Shown here piece after piece: positions 8,584-17,466 of a stretch of 43,086 bases of DNA. The position numbers and the translations under genes are program-made. The notes beneath the pieces were generated by a model that was not told where the DNA came from, ran no database searches, and saw nothing but the letters and a program-made list of their open reading frames with translations. Position 1 is the stretch's first letter. Every line of letters begins with the position of its first letter. This DNA comes from an uncultured Chthoniobacter sp. (GTDB lineage Bacteria; Verrucomicrobiota; Verrucomicrobiia; Chthoniobacterales; Terrimicrobiaceae): assembly GCA_964427235.1 (NCBI GenBank), contig CAYRTN010000001.1, positions 1 to 43,086 of the forward strand, given 5' to 3'.

Positions 8584-9835
8584 TTACAGCCCCTCGCCAG
8601 TCATCGTATTCATAATCGTCATAATTATCATTTTTAAATATTTTACGCAACGCTTCTGTCGCATACCGCAAAGAGTCTATTAAGTGATTGTTTTTATCCT
8701 CTAAAATCGGCAACACCTCGTTAGTCTGTCTATTAACTTTATAACTGTACGTTGCCAATTCTTCGATAACGTGCTTGCATCTGGGGTGTACGATAATATC
8801 ATAGGATTGTAACCATGCTATACCCTCCTCGACACTGCCCTTACCCTTTGACGCCTTCATAAGCTTGGGGAATCCATTATTGTTTAAATGCGATATAGTT
8901 TCAGGTCGTGCCGAATCAGCGTACATAATCCATCGGTTAGCCTCGGGAATTGCCATAAATAAATCAGGTATATCAACAATCTCACAACCTATTTTATATG
9001 CCTCATAGTCAATATAAAGCGTCTTGCAATTGATATAGCACCGCACTGCACAAGTTGGGTCAATCGCATAACCCCAATCAGCACCAAGCCTAAACATAGC
9101 TTGTTTGTCTGTCTCAAACTCTTTGATTGTCCAATTATTAAACACCCTTGTGTTGGCATTGTAATCATGCTCTCCAAGCCATATATGCCCATAACGTCCT
9201 GCTTGCGTCTTTAGGCAGTGCAACCGTTCTATTTCCGCCTCCTTGCTAAAAAAGGGGTTTTTATAATAGTTTACATGATGCACTTGAGTGTTATTGTTAG
9301 CGTGTTGTATATAATCCACATCGACAGCATCGGTTGTGTGTCTGCGATTCATCAAAAAAATCAATCTTGATCCGTCTTTACGGATAGTAGGCTTAAGCGT
9401 ATCAAGCACAGACCGTGATATATCCTGTGCCTCGTCTATTAAACATATATCGTATGATTGCAAGCCCTTGATGTTGCCCTCATTGCGGTCAAAACCCATA
9501 AAATCAATTTGCGAACCATTAATAGCCTTAATCTCTGTATCCATTATCTTAAAAAACGAATTAAGTTGTAACTCTTTGATTGCCTCGACAAATACTTGTT
9601 TAATTGATTTATTAATTGCACTCATAAATTGACGACCGCATATCAGGCGTAAGGGTTTTTGCGTCAACAATAGCGTTATATCTCTAACGGCTGTTGTTGT
9701 TTTCCCACTCGACCTGCCTCCATGCACAACAGTATTGCGTATCGGTCTGTAAAAAATAGACCCATAATCAGGACATACAGCCCATGCAGGACGTTGATAA
9801 TGGACTACATTATTTGTCATCTTTTGATTCGACAT
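8570..9835 (-). CDS. terL: terminase large subunit
   Basis: Walker A VHGGRSSGKTT, Walker B ICLIDEAQD, and C-terminal nuclease region GADWGYAIDPT...HLIDSLRYA. Confidence 0.9.
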   Translation of the reverse strand: MSNQKMTNNVVHYQRPAWAVCPDYGSIFYRPIRNTVVHGGRSSGKTTTAVRDITLLLTQKPLRLICGRQFMSAINKSIKQVFVEAIKELQLNSFFKIMDTEIKAINGSQIDFMGFDRNEGNIKGLQSYDICLIDEAQDISRSVLDTLKPTIRKDGSRLIFLMNRRHTTDAVDVDYIQHANNNTQVHHVNYYKNPFFSKEAEIERLHCLKTQAGRYGHIWLGEHDYNANTRVFNNWTIKEFETDKQAMFRLGADWGYAIDPTCAVRCYINCKTLYIDYEAYKIGCEIVDIPDLFMAIPEANRWIMYADSARPETISHLNNNGFPKLMKASKGKGSVEEGIAWLQSYDIIVHPRCKHVIEELATYSYKVNRQTNEVLPILEDKNNHLIDSLRYATEALRKIFKNDNYDDYEYDDWRGAVNVGY

Positions 9836-10286
9836 TATGAATTATTATTTTTGGTAAATTTAAAAAATTAATGTCTGTTTTATTATCAAACGCCTTAATA
9901 TTAATATGCTTACCGATTAATTCGAGTGCTTTCAAAGAACCTGTAGAATCAAATTTATAAAGATATTCACCGTTTTCATTTTTTAAAGGCACTCGTTCTT
10001 TGCCTTGAAATTCAGTTAATAACTCTTTTTCTTCCATGCACCGATTGTGTACTTTTATTGCTTGCGATAAAACCCATTCAGCGTTTATTTCTAGTTTTTG
10101 TTCTCGTTCAGCTTTGAGTTTTGATAGATATTCTTGTATAGCAGGTTTTAGCAGGTTTTCTTGAGCAATGACTCTTGCTGTATCCTCGCTATACCCTGCA
10201 CGGATTGCAGCTTGCGTGCCATTCAAATCAATAAGGTATTCTTTACAAAATAACTCTTGCTTATCTGTAAGTTTTTTTACTGTCAT
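9810..10286 (-). CDS. terS: terminase small subunit (Terminase_2-like)
   Basis: KKLTDKQELFCKEYLIDLNGTQAAIRAGYSEDTARVIAQENLLKPAIQEYL is the classic small-terminase HTH signature. Start is ATG 10286, or alternatively 10304. Confidence 0.85.
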   Translation of the reverse strand: MTVKKLTDKQELFCKEYLIDLNGTQAAIRAGYSEDTARVIAQENLLKPAIQEYLSKLKAEREQKLEINAEWVLSQAIKVHNRCMEEKELLTEFQGKERVPLKNENGEYLYKFDSTGSLKALELIGKHINIKAFDNKTDINFLNLPKIIIHNVESKDDK

Positions 10287-10349
10287 ATATAAAAAATACC
10301 ACATACAAAAAATAAATGCAATTAATTTAAAAAATATGCAAAATAGGTG

Positions 10350-10378
10350 TTGACTTTACTCTTAAATAAGAGTATAAC
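10350..10378 (+). promoter_or_regulatory. sigma70-type promoter with operator-like inverted repeat in the spacer
   Basis: TTGACT (10350..10355), a 17-nt spacer, then TATAAC (10373..10378). The spacer holds the inverted repeat CTCTTA-AA-TAAGAG (10359..10372). Confidence 0.75.
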
Positions 10379-10421
10379 TATAAACAGGACGCAATCAAGC
10401 GGACAAATTGGAGAGACTGAG

Positions 10422-10628
10422 ATGACAAACACAACAATCACAACAGGCGATTTTGAAATAACCCATAACGGTTATGATTTTAAAATATCAAAAATAAGCT
10501 CTTATTTTGTTTTTGGGACAACTTTTGCCAATTTTAAAAACCTGCTAAAAAATCCAACAATCAAAGGCGAGCGAGCCAACGATATTCGCAGAGTGAAAAC
10601 CGTTTTAAAAAATGCGGGATTGATTTAA
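10422..10628 (+). CDS. hypothetical small early protein (68 aa)
   Basis: ATG 10422 is preceded by GGAGAG. The track ORF begins at a GTG inside the promoter, so the later start is preferred. Confidence 0.65.
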   Translation: MTNTTITTGDFEITHNGYDFKISKISSYFVFGTTFANFKNLLKNPTIKGERANDIRRVKTVLKNAGLI

Positions 10629-10686
10629 TGATCCCCCAACAACAGACAGGTAACCCCTGCCACAATTTAACACAAGGATAAATAAG

Positions 10687-10947
10687 ATGTATGAGTTAAA
10701 TGAGTTAATTGCCTTCCGCAAAAAAAAACAACAAAACCAACCATTAACACCAAAAATGTTAAATATTTTTTGTAAAAAATTACAGATTCAAGAAAAATTT
10801 AAGAAAAAAAACAATGTTAGAGGTCGATATTATTTAGAGCAGTCTATTTTTATAGACAACCATAAAAGTTTAAATTTAGTTAAGATAAAATTTAACGAAA
10901 TTGAATATTACACTGATTTTGATTTTTTTGTAAAAGTTAAAATATGA
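10687..10947 (+). CDS. hypothetical basic small protein (86 aa)
   Basis: ATG preceded by AAGGA. Lys-rich. ATGA-coupled to the following HTH gene. Confidence 0.65.
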   Translation: MYELNELIAFRKKKQQNQPLTPKMLNIFCKKLQIQEKFKKKNNVRGRYYLEQSIFIDNHKSLNLVKIKFNEIEYYTDFDFFVKVKI

Positions 10948-11138
10948 CCCCCCAATCTCAAATCCAAGCCCTAGAGTCCTTAGGGATAACACGGTATCGC
11001 ATCGCTTGCGATACTGGTATCAGTCAAGACCAGTTAAGACGCTGGTTACGTGGAGATAAGCCATTTAAAAGCAACAGCAATGTAAGCGTTTTAAATGAAT
11101 ATTATGAAAAGTTAATGAAGGGAATTAACGATGTTTAA
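10944..11138 (+). CDS. small HTH DNA-binding protein (64 aa), Aca-like position
   Basis: LGITRYRIACDTGISQDQLRRWLRG is a helix-turn-helix signature. Last gene of a three-gene operon that ends in a terminator. Confidence 0.7.
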   Translation: MTPQSQIQALESLGITRYRIACDTGISQDQLRRWLRGDKPFKSNSNVSVLNEYYEKLMKGINDV

Positions 11139-11143
11139 AATTT

Positions 11144-11171
11144 AGGGTGGTATTTTTACCGCCCTTTTTTA
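11144..11171 (+). terminator. rho-independent terminator
   Basis: AGGGTGGTA-TTTT-TACCGCCCT stem (one G:U pair) followed by a T6 run, 6 nt after the stop codon. Confidence 0.8.
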
Positions 11172-11335
11172 TTGCTGTAAAAAAAAGAAAACCCCAAGCG
11201 TACACTATTTAAGCGAAGAGGCTGGGGGACTATTGCATTTAATATGCCAAACATTTTAAAAAATGTCAACCCCCTTAACCTTATTTTAATCAATCCATGA
11301 TATATTTGTATCATAGTAAATGTAAGGAGTTAGTT

Positions 11336-11551
11336 ATGTATAAATTCATTATTAAATTTGACGGTATTTTCAATAAAATCTTAATTGCAAGCATATTAAT
11401 TTTCATAGGTTTTGTTTTGGGTGGGTGTAGTCCACGCCAGCATATGCAACCCGATTTAAGCGATTCTGTGCCAAGTAATGCACGATTGCAATACGAGGCT
11501 ATGCAAAAGTTTAAAGTCCAGCACAAGGCGTTTTATGAGGGTTTGCGTTGA
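11336..11551 (+). CDS. small lipoprotein (71 aa)
   Basis: ATG 11336 after AAGGAG. Signal peptide ILIASILIFIGFVLGGC with lipobox L-G-G-C. Confidence 0.65.
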   Translation: MYKFIIKFDGIFNKILIASILIFIGFVLGGCSPRQHMQPDLSDSVPSNARLQYEAMQKFKVQHKAFYEGLR

Positions 11552-11678
11552 TTGTGGTTAATTCCATTTTGGAAAATACCACTGACCGAAATCAATGTCG
11601 GTTACCTTGCGTTAATTTTACCGTGGTCGGAATCCCGACATCGATGTAAACCCTATTTTTTTGCAGTTTTTACCCATC

Positions 11679-12072
11679 TGTCACGACCGACTCGTGACAC
11701 TTAGCCCCTAACTCGTGACACCACTCGTGACACCTACCATGGAATAACCCTTTGATTTATAAGGGTTTTTTTTACCTGTCACGAGTGTCACGACCGACTC
11801 GTGACACCACTCGTGACACTTAAGCCCTTGATTTATAAAGGATTTTATCTTATAATAATAAAATAATAATAAAATAATAAATAAATAGATATAGATAGAT
11901 AGAGAGAGGTATTTATAATTTTGTATCTATATCTATCTATCTAAATGACTCGTGACACTCGTGACACTCGTGACACCATATAACAAACCTTTGATTTATA
12001 AAGGATTTTATATAAAAATACCTGTCACGAGCTACTCGTAACAGGTCGTGACACTCGTGACACCTGTCACGG
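11679..12072. repeat. iteron-type origin of replication
   Basis: About 15 copies of CTCGTGACAC or its complement TGTCACGA in four clusters. Forward copies start at 11691, 11712, 11724, 11798, 11810, 11949, 11958, 11967, 12045 and 12054. Reverse copies start at 11679, 11777, 11786, 12023 and 12065. Three copies of CCYTTGATTTATAARGG are also present. The region abuts the primase-helicase stop codon. Confidence 0.8.
11842..11945. other. AT-rich putative DNA-unwinding element inside the origin
   Basis: ataataataaaataataataaaataataaataaat followed by (TAGA)n, then about 20 nt, then (TCTA)n. Flanked on both sides by iteron clusters. Confidence 0.6.
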
Positions 12073-12073
12073 A

Positions 12074-14602
12074 TTATGACTTGCTGTCATGTTTAAATTT
12101 TAAAACATAATATCTTTTTCCTAAAAATCTCATGTGAATCATGCTCTCCGCGTCTCTATGCCGTTTCAAGGTTTCAACAAATCCTCCTGACCATGAGGAA
12201 TCTTTAAGCCACTTTCTGATATGGGTATTATTTTCGATGCCAAAATAATCCTGTTGGCAATAAATGCCGTACTTAGATAGCGTTAAAATAGCCTCGTCAC
12301 GGCTTATCGCTATATCGTTGGCATTACCACCAATGACTGATAACAAGTATCCTACGGTGTGATTTTTACGTCCCGATGCACCTTCATAATTAACGTGCTG
12401 TTGCATGATGTGTTCAAACAATAAATCTGATTCGTTTTTTTCAACCTCTGATGATTCTGTAAAAATGTTTTGATATTGAATAAGATAGTTTTTGATTTCT
12501 AAATCTGTTGCGATGCGTCCATTAACTGCTGTCCATGAACAAGCAAGCAATGTGCCTATCTGGTCTCCATTGCGTGCATTACCGCCATACAGAGTAGCAA
12601 CAACTGGACTAAAATTATCAATATTTTTTAATATTATTTGTGTGTTTTGTATAATCCAAATAAAAAAACTATCGCATAATTCGTCTGTTAGAATTTGCCA
12701 AGCTAATTTTAATTTGCCATATCGTATTTTATCATTATCTTTAATTACCTCAATCAAAGTAACCCTTGATATATCTGCTTTATTTTTAAGTGCTGGCTGT
12801 ATTGCGGTAAAATAAAAACACGAGCGGACTTTAAAATTAGTAACTGTACCACCTGCACTACCCTTGTAAATCATACCTCGCTTTGATGATGATGATGATG
12901 TTCTTGCAAGTTCTAAAACCGATTCAATTTTTGATGCTGATGCTTGAGAATTAGATTCTGCCTCTTCATAAATCACTGATAAAGCGTCTGATGCAAGTGC
13001 CTGCCTGATGCCAGCTTCTGTCGTCCCTAATTCTGGATACATACCACGATTGGCAACGATTGGAGAGATTATATTATTCTGTATTTCAGATTTACCACTC
13101 CCCGATTCACCTGCTACCCAAACATGCGGTCTCCATTTTAATACTCCGCATATTTGAGATGCAATAGACCACCCAAATAATAACTCACGGTCAAAATCTG
13201 AATTTTTAAGATTTAAATGATTAAATATCGCACGGATTTGCTTGTTTTCTGCGATTGTAGAGGGGTTTTCTGATTTTAGGTCAAATGGTTTACCTGTTAT
13301 ATAAAAGTTCTTAGATTTGTAATTTTGCATATTTTCACGCTTGCCATTCTCAAAAAAAGAATCGCCCGCATTAACGATAGTATTATCACCCTCTCGCCAC
13401 ACGCCACGCCCCCTGATGCGTTCCATGTCAAAAAACGGCTTTGTATATGCTTCTTGGATAATATCATCGCACGCCTGTAACATGTCGGGGCGTTTCCCTG
13501 CTTCATAGGCATAATTTGCGTCCCAGTATGATTTTGGTGCGATGCGGTAAAGGTTTTTTTCTGACATCTCAGATGTTGTCATGTCAATAATCCGATTACA
13601 TGAATACACAAGAAAATATATTTTATCATTGTCCGAACCGATAATCTGAAACGGCTTTACAGGCGGTAACACCTCTGATGATGCAATAGCAGGGAATATA
13701 AACGCATTAACGTCACCACCGTCACAATGAAAATCATTAAAATCATATCCACTGCGTTCATTGCGTGGTGCTGTGATGACTTCGAGTCCTGTGTCTCTAA
13801 ATGATTTGTAGCGTTTATTAATTAGTTCCTGTGATTTAATGTTAGTGCTATGGTCATTATCCGCACAAATAATGATGCGTGAAGCTGTGTATTTCTTTTT
13901 TATGAGTTCTGATACTGCCACAAGATTTGATGCGTCCATTGCACAAATAACGGTGTTTCCTGTCGATGCGTGTAGGGTTGCACCTGTGGAGTAACCCTCG
14001 CACAATAAAATAACATCATCATTACCATTAATGCGATAAAAACAACCTTGCTTCCGTCCTGATGCGTCTTCGGTTGGTTTAAAATAACGCTTTTCAAAAT
14101 TACCGTCGCTGTTTTTGTATATTTTCTGCCAATTCCACACCTTGCCGTCTATATCTGACAAAGGTATGTATAAAATGTTTTTAAAAATCTTAACATTATG
14201 GTATAATGCTACTGACTTGGCGGTCAAATAATCGTGGGTATCGCTATCGGATTCTCTCGTAACGAGTTCTGATGCTTTACCCGCAACAAATTCATGTTGT
14301 TGTTGCAATAGTTCGGATTGTTCTTTTTGTTTTTGTTTGATTGCGTCCGAGATTTCTTTTTTCTGCAATGGTGACAATTCTTTATAATTTTTACTTGTGA
14401 ATGTTTGCGTAAAACCAGCCCTCCAGCAACCGAACGCCCCAAATAAAACATCGTTGTCAAGATTAAAACTGTACCACCCTGACTTGTCTTTTTTGTTGCG
14501 TGCGTGCGTGCTAAACCTGACAAGCTTACCAATCTGTATGGTATTTACGGTTAATCTGTATGATTGCATTGCTGTAATTGCTTCTTGTATATAATCACTC
14601 AT
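12074..14602 (-). CDS. bifunctional Toprim primase / SF3 (D5/P4-alpha-like) helicase (842 aa)
   Basis: Toprim motifs LLCEGYSTGATL and IIICADNDHS. Walker A VAGESGSGKSE and Walker B VIYEEAES in the C-terminal half. Confidence 0.85.
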   Translation of the reverse strand: MSDYIQEAITAMQSYRLTVNTIQIGKLVRFSTHARNKKDKSGWYSFNLDNDVLFGAFGCWRAGFTQTFTSKNYKELSPLQKKEISDAIKQKQKEQSELLQQQHEFVAGKASELVTRESDSDTHDYLTAKSVALYHNVKIFKNILYIPLSDIDGKVWNWQKIYKNSDGNFEKRYFKPTEDASGRKQGCFYRINGNDDVILLCEGYSTGATLHASTGNTVICAMDASNLVAVSELIKKKYTASRIIICADNDHSTNIKSQELINKRYKSFRDTGLEVITAPRNERSGYDFNDFHCDGGDVNAFIFPAIASSEVLPPVKPFQIIGSDNDKIYFLVYSCNRIIDMTTSEMSEKNLYRIAPKSYWDANYAYEAGKRPDMLQACDDIIQEAYTKPFFDMERIRGRGVWREGDNTIVNAGDSFFENGKRENMQNYKSKNFYITGKPFDLKSENPSTIAENKQIRAIFNHLNLKNSDFDRELLFGWSIASQICGVLKWRPHVWVAGESGSGKSEIQNNIISPIVANRGMYPELGTTEAGIRQALASDALSVIYEEAESNSQASASKIESVLELARTSSSSSKRGMIYKGSAGGTVTNFKVRSCFYFTAIQPALKNKADISRVTLIEVIKDNDKIRYGKLKLAWQILTDELCDSFFIWIIQNTQIILKNIDNFSPVVATLYGGNARNGDQIGTLLACSWTAVNGRIATDLEIKNYLIQYQNIFTESSEVEKNESDLLFEHIMQQHVNYEGASGRKNHTVGYLLSVIGGNANDIAISRDEAILTLSKYGIYCQQDYFGIENNTHIRKWLKDSSWSGGFVETLKRHRDAESMIHMRFLGKRYYVLKFKHDSKS

Positions 14603-14924
14603 ATTTATCCCCTTTGAATATTTTTGCTATTCCACCTGATTTATTAACTAAATCAATGAATTTTTTTTGTTCTGTTGTTGCCTTGCCGTCCGATGCCTTA
14701 ACCTCGATTGCTGTAAAAATAGCAACCGAACGCCCTATCATATCCTCTGTTATGGTTTTTACTGTCCAGCCGATAAAATCACTTGTGCCAGTTCCCATGC
14801 CGTATTTAACTATCGCACCGTCTGATTTTTTATAAGACCCGTTATTATTTCTAAAAATAGTTTCAGAATGGTTAAGGTTTAATTTTAAATTAACCGTTGC
14901 TTGTTTTTCAGATATTTTTACCAT
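14595..14924 (-). CDS. VRR-NUC domain nuclease (109 aa)
   Basis: GTSDFIGW...AIEVKASDGKATTEQKKFIDLVNKSGG matches the D...ExK...Q VRR-NUC pattern. Confidence 0.75.
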   Translation of the reverse strand: MVKISEKQATVNLKLNLNHSETIFRNNNGSYKKSDGAIVKYGMGTGTSDFIGWTVKTITEDMIGRSVAIFTAIEVKASDGKATTEQKKFIDLVNKSGGIAKIFKGDKYE

Positions 14925-16354
14925 TTATTTCCTCGTGATTTTTGTTTTTCTTGTCTTGCTCTCATTGTGCCGACTGCCCAGCCGTGCGGATTAGAATAGC
15001 CACGAGATACACCCAAAGCAATTAATTCTTGCAATGATTGTGCTTGTGCTTGTTCTTTCTTTTTTTGAAATTTTATCTGCGTCTGTATGTGTTCATAATG
15101 CTCAATGGATACTGATACAAGCTCCCCTGCAATAACAACTTGTTTGCGTTTTTCTGTAAATTCTATATCCCAGCCACAACGCTCACAAATACGTTCTTTG
15201 GTTAAAAAATGATGTTTACAATTATCGCACTGGGTGATTCGTTCGGTAATTTCTACTTCACGCTTGCGTTTTTTAACTCCATCAAGAGACCACTCACGGT
15301 CTTCACAAGGCAAGCCGTGAATTGCCACGTTACCCACAAAATCAAGAATAGTGCAATGTGTTTTACCCTCGCACGCACGCAAGCCACGCCCCATTTTTTG
15401 TAGATAACTAACGATTGATTTTGTTTTTGTCATGTCGATAATTCCATTTACAACTGGTATATCTGTACCTTCTGAAATAACACTACATGATGTTAAGCCG
15501 TGTATTTCGCCACTGCCTAGGCTATCTATTGCTTTTTTGCGTGCGGCAGGAGTCATTTTACCGTCAATAGACATAAAATTATAACCTGCTTCACGGAATT
15601 TTTGTGCTGCAATCTCTGCCATTTCAACTGTTGGATAAAATCCTATTGTAGGCTGATTGTGTAAATATTTACGATATTCTGCGACTTCGCACCCTACAAC
15701 CGATTTAAGACGTTCTGCCATTTCTTTGGGGTCATAATCACCATTATTAGCAACCCTAACATCTAATAAATCCACTGCAAGAGGTTGAGAAAATATCTGA
15801 TACGGCGATAAATAACCTTTCTTAATGAGTTCTTTCATTGATGCACCGTGCTTATCGCCACAAACCATATGAGAGAATATTTTATCCAATCCTGTACCGT
15901 CTGTACGTGTTGGGGTTGCTGACATACCTAAGATGCGAGCGTTAGGGAATCTTGAAAAAATATATTGCCACTGCGACGCAATAGAGTGATGCCCCTCGTC
16001 TGCTATAATTAAATCAAATGTTGGCAGGGGGGCATTGTTTTTAATCCGTGATACGAGTGTTTGCACTGATGCCACCATAGCAAGTTCATTACCCATTTTG
16101 ACATTAGGAATAATTAATGAATGTTTAACGCCCATTGATAAATATGCCCGAGAAAACTGGTCAAATATTTCTCTTCGATGCACTAAAGCAAGGACACGGC
16201 GGTTATTTTGTGTCATTTTATGCGTGATGTATGATGCGATTGCTGTTTTGCCACCGCCAGTGCATAGCTGAGCCATTACTGATTTGTGTTTTTGCTCGAA
16301 GGCTTCACGAATACCACCAACTAAAGACTCTTGATGTTCACGTAATATTATCAT
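14918..16354 (-). CDS. SF2 (DEAH / ResIII-type) DNA helicase with C-terminal zinc ribbon (478 aa)
   Basis: Motif I CTGGGKT, motif II IADEGHH, motif III MSATPTR. CDNCKHH...CERCGW Zn ribbon. Confidence 0.85.
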   Translation of the reverse strand: MIILREHQESLVGGIREAFEQKHKSVMAQLCTGGGKTAIASYITHKMTQNNRRVLALVHRREIFDQFSRAYLSMGVKHSLIIPNVKMGNELAMVASVQTLVSRIKNNAPLPTFDLIIADEGHHSIASQWQYIFSRFPNARILGMSATPTRTDGTGLDKIFSHMVCGDKHGASMKELIKKGYLSPYQIFSQPLAVDLLDVRVANNGDYDPKEMAERLKSVVGCEVAEYRKYLHNQPTIGFYPTVEMAEIAAQKFREAGYNFMSIDGKMTPAARKKAIDSLGSGEIHGLTSCSVISEGTDIPVVNGIIDMTKTKSIVSYLQKMGRGLRACEGKTHCTILDFVGNVAIHGLPCEDREWSLDGVKKRKREVEITERITQCDNCKHHFLTKERICERCGWDIEFTEKRKQVVIAGELVSVSIEHYEHIQTQIKFQKKKEQAQAQSLQELIALGVSRGYSNPHGWAVGTMRARQEKQKSRGNKW

Positions 16355-16539
16355 ACTTCCCCCTTATTTTTGTTAATAAAATCAATCATTGCGTTAAGTG
16401 TTTTTAAAGTTGGATTATCGCTCTTTTGTCTTAAAAAATCGTAAACTTGACGGTATGTAATGCCAACTTCTTTCGCCACAAGGCAGGGCGGGTATCTTTT
16501 TAATTTTTTTCTGATTAAATCTATATCTATTTTTTCCAT
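16351..16539 (-). CDS. small HTH regulator (62 aa), first gene of the replication operon
   Basis: LVAKEVGITYRQVYDFLRQ helix-turn-helix. ATGA-coupled to the helicase gene. Confidence 0.7.
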   Translation of the reverse strand: MEKIDIDLIRKKLKRYPPCLVAKEVGITYRQVYDFLRQKSDNPTLKTLNAMIDFINKNKGEV

Positions 16540-16573
16540 ATTAACCTTTTATAAATAATTTTAAATTATGGTG

Positions 16574-16602
16574 TTGACATTATGAGATAAATCTCATATA
16601 TT
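16574..16602 (+). promoter_or_regulatory. consensus sigma70 promoter (recombination operon) with shared operator
   Basis: TTGACA (16574..16579), a 17-nt spacer, then TATATT (16597..16602). The spacer holds the inverted repeat TGAGAT-AA-ATCTCA (16583..16596). Confidence 0.8.
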
Positions 16603-16607
16603 GTCAA
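16579..16607 (-). promoter_or_regulatory. face-to-face sigma70 promoter (replication operon) sharing the same operator
   Basis: On the minus strand, TTGACA (16607..16602), a 17-nt spacer, then CATAAT (16584..16579). The same inverted repeat lies in this spacer. Confidence 0.7.
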
Positions 16608-16629
16608 TACTAAAATACAAGGGGAATAA

Positions 16630-17466
16630 ATGAGACCGAAAGATTATGCACTTAATGATTCGCTGTCACCAAGCGAAATTAAATACCTGATAACTGGAAC
16701 GCCTTATGCGTTTCATTATCATAAATACGAAAATAAAGACGATACCGTGCGTTCTGATGCGTTGGTTGTTGGTTCATATTTGCATTGTAAATGGTTAGAG
16801 CCTGAAAAGCTTACAAGCCGTTATTATGTTGCTGAATATAAATCTAAGGCAACCAAGGAAGGCAAAATCCTTACTGAATATCACCAGTCAGAATATGAAC
16901 GCCTTGCGATTAATAACCCTGATTTAATTTATATTGAAGACAGATTAACAATTCCAAGCGATGATATTTACGAATCATTAAAAAATCACGATGTTATAAA
17001 AACAATTCTATCACAAAATAAAATTGTTGAAACACCGATACAAGATATTTTATCGCCTGTGGATAATGCAAAATTAAAGTGTATTCCTGATGTGGTGTTG
17101 CCTGATAACGGCATTGTGATTGATTTTAAACACATAATAGATATATCTCCTGATAAATTTAGCCGTGATGTTTTAAATTATAATTACCACGTCCAAGCAT
17201 GGATTAATCTGTATTGCGTCGCACATACACTTGATTGTGATATGTCTGATTTACGTTTTGAATTTTTGTGTATATCAAAAGACGCACCTTACGAGGTTGC
17301 ACGCTATGAATTAGCAAAAGAATTTATGATTGATGCTGAAAGTAAAATACTTAAAGCATTGAATAAATATGTTGAAGCCAAGGAGATAGGCTTTAATTCC
17401 TACCCACACACTGTGCAATTATTGCACGCACCAGCATGGATAGCAAAAGGAGATAACAATGAGTAA
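16630..17466 (+). CDS. PD-(D/E)XK recombination exonuclease (RecE/exo VIII-like role, 278 aa)
   Basis: IPDVVLPDNGIVIDFKH gives a D...DxK catalytic pattern. Located directly upstream of recT. Confidence 0.7.
   Translation: MRPKDYALNDSLSPSEIKYLITGTPYAFHYHKYENKDDTVRSDALVVGSYLHCKWLEPEKLTSRYYVAEYKSKATKEGKILTEYHQSEYERLAINNPDLIYIEDRLTIPSDDIYESLKNHDVIKTILSQNKIVETPIQDILSPVDNAKLKCIPDVVLPDNGIVIDFKHIIDISPDKFSRDVLNYNYHVQAWINLYCVAHTLDCDMSDLRFEFLCISKDAPYEVARYELAKEFMIDAESKILKALNKYVEAKEIGFNSYPHTVQLLHAPAWIAKGDNNE

Noticed and set aside
11552-11572. DnaA box near the origin (TGTGGTTAA)
   Set aside because: It differs from the TGTGNATAA consensus at a conserved position and occurs only once. This is too weak to call.
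11885-11945. (TAGA)n ... (TCTA)n looked like a long hairpin
   Set aside because: The right arm (atctatatctatctatc) is the plain complement, not the reverse complement, of the left arm (tagatatagatagatag). Only imperfect, register-shifted pairing is possible. It is treated as part of the AT-rich unwinding region.
11679-12072. Possible CRISPR-like array, because of the many short repeats
   Set aside because: The repeat unit is only 9 to 10 nt, copies are often contiguous or inverted with no spacer-sized unique inserts, and no cas genes are present. Iterons of a replication origin fit better.
13297-14532. Same-strand out-of-frame ORFs inside the primase-helicase gene (13297..13512, 13900..14097, 14224..14532)
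   Set aside because: They lie entirely within a gene whose frame carries the Toprim and Walker motifs. They have skewed composition and no RBS. The same applies to 5322..5528, 7770..7979, 8989..9192, 18430..18648 and 36324..36533.
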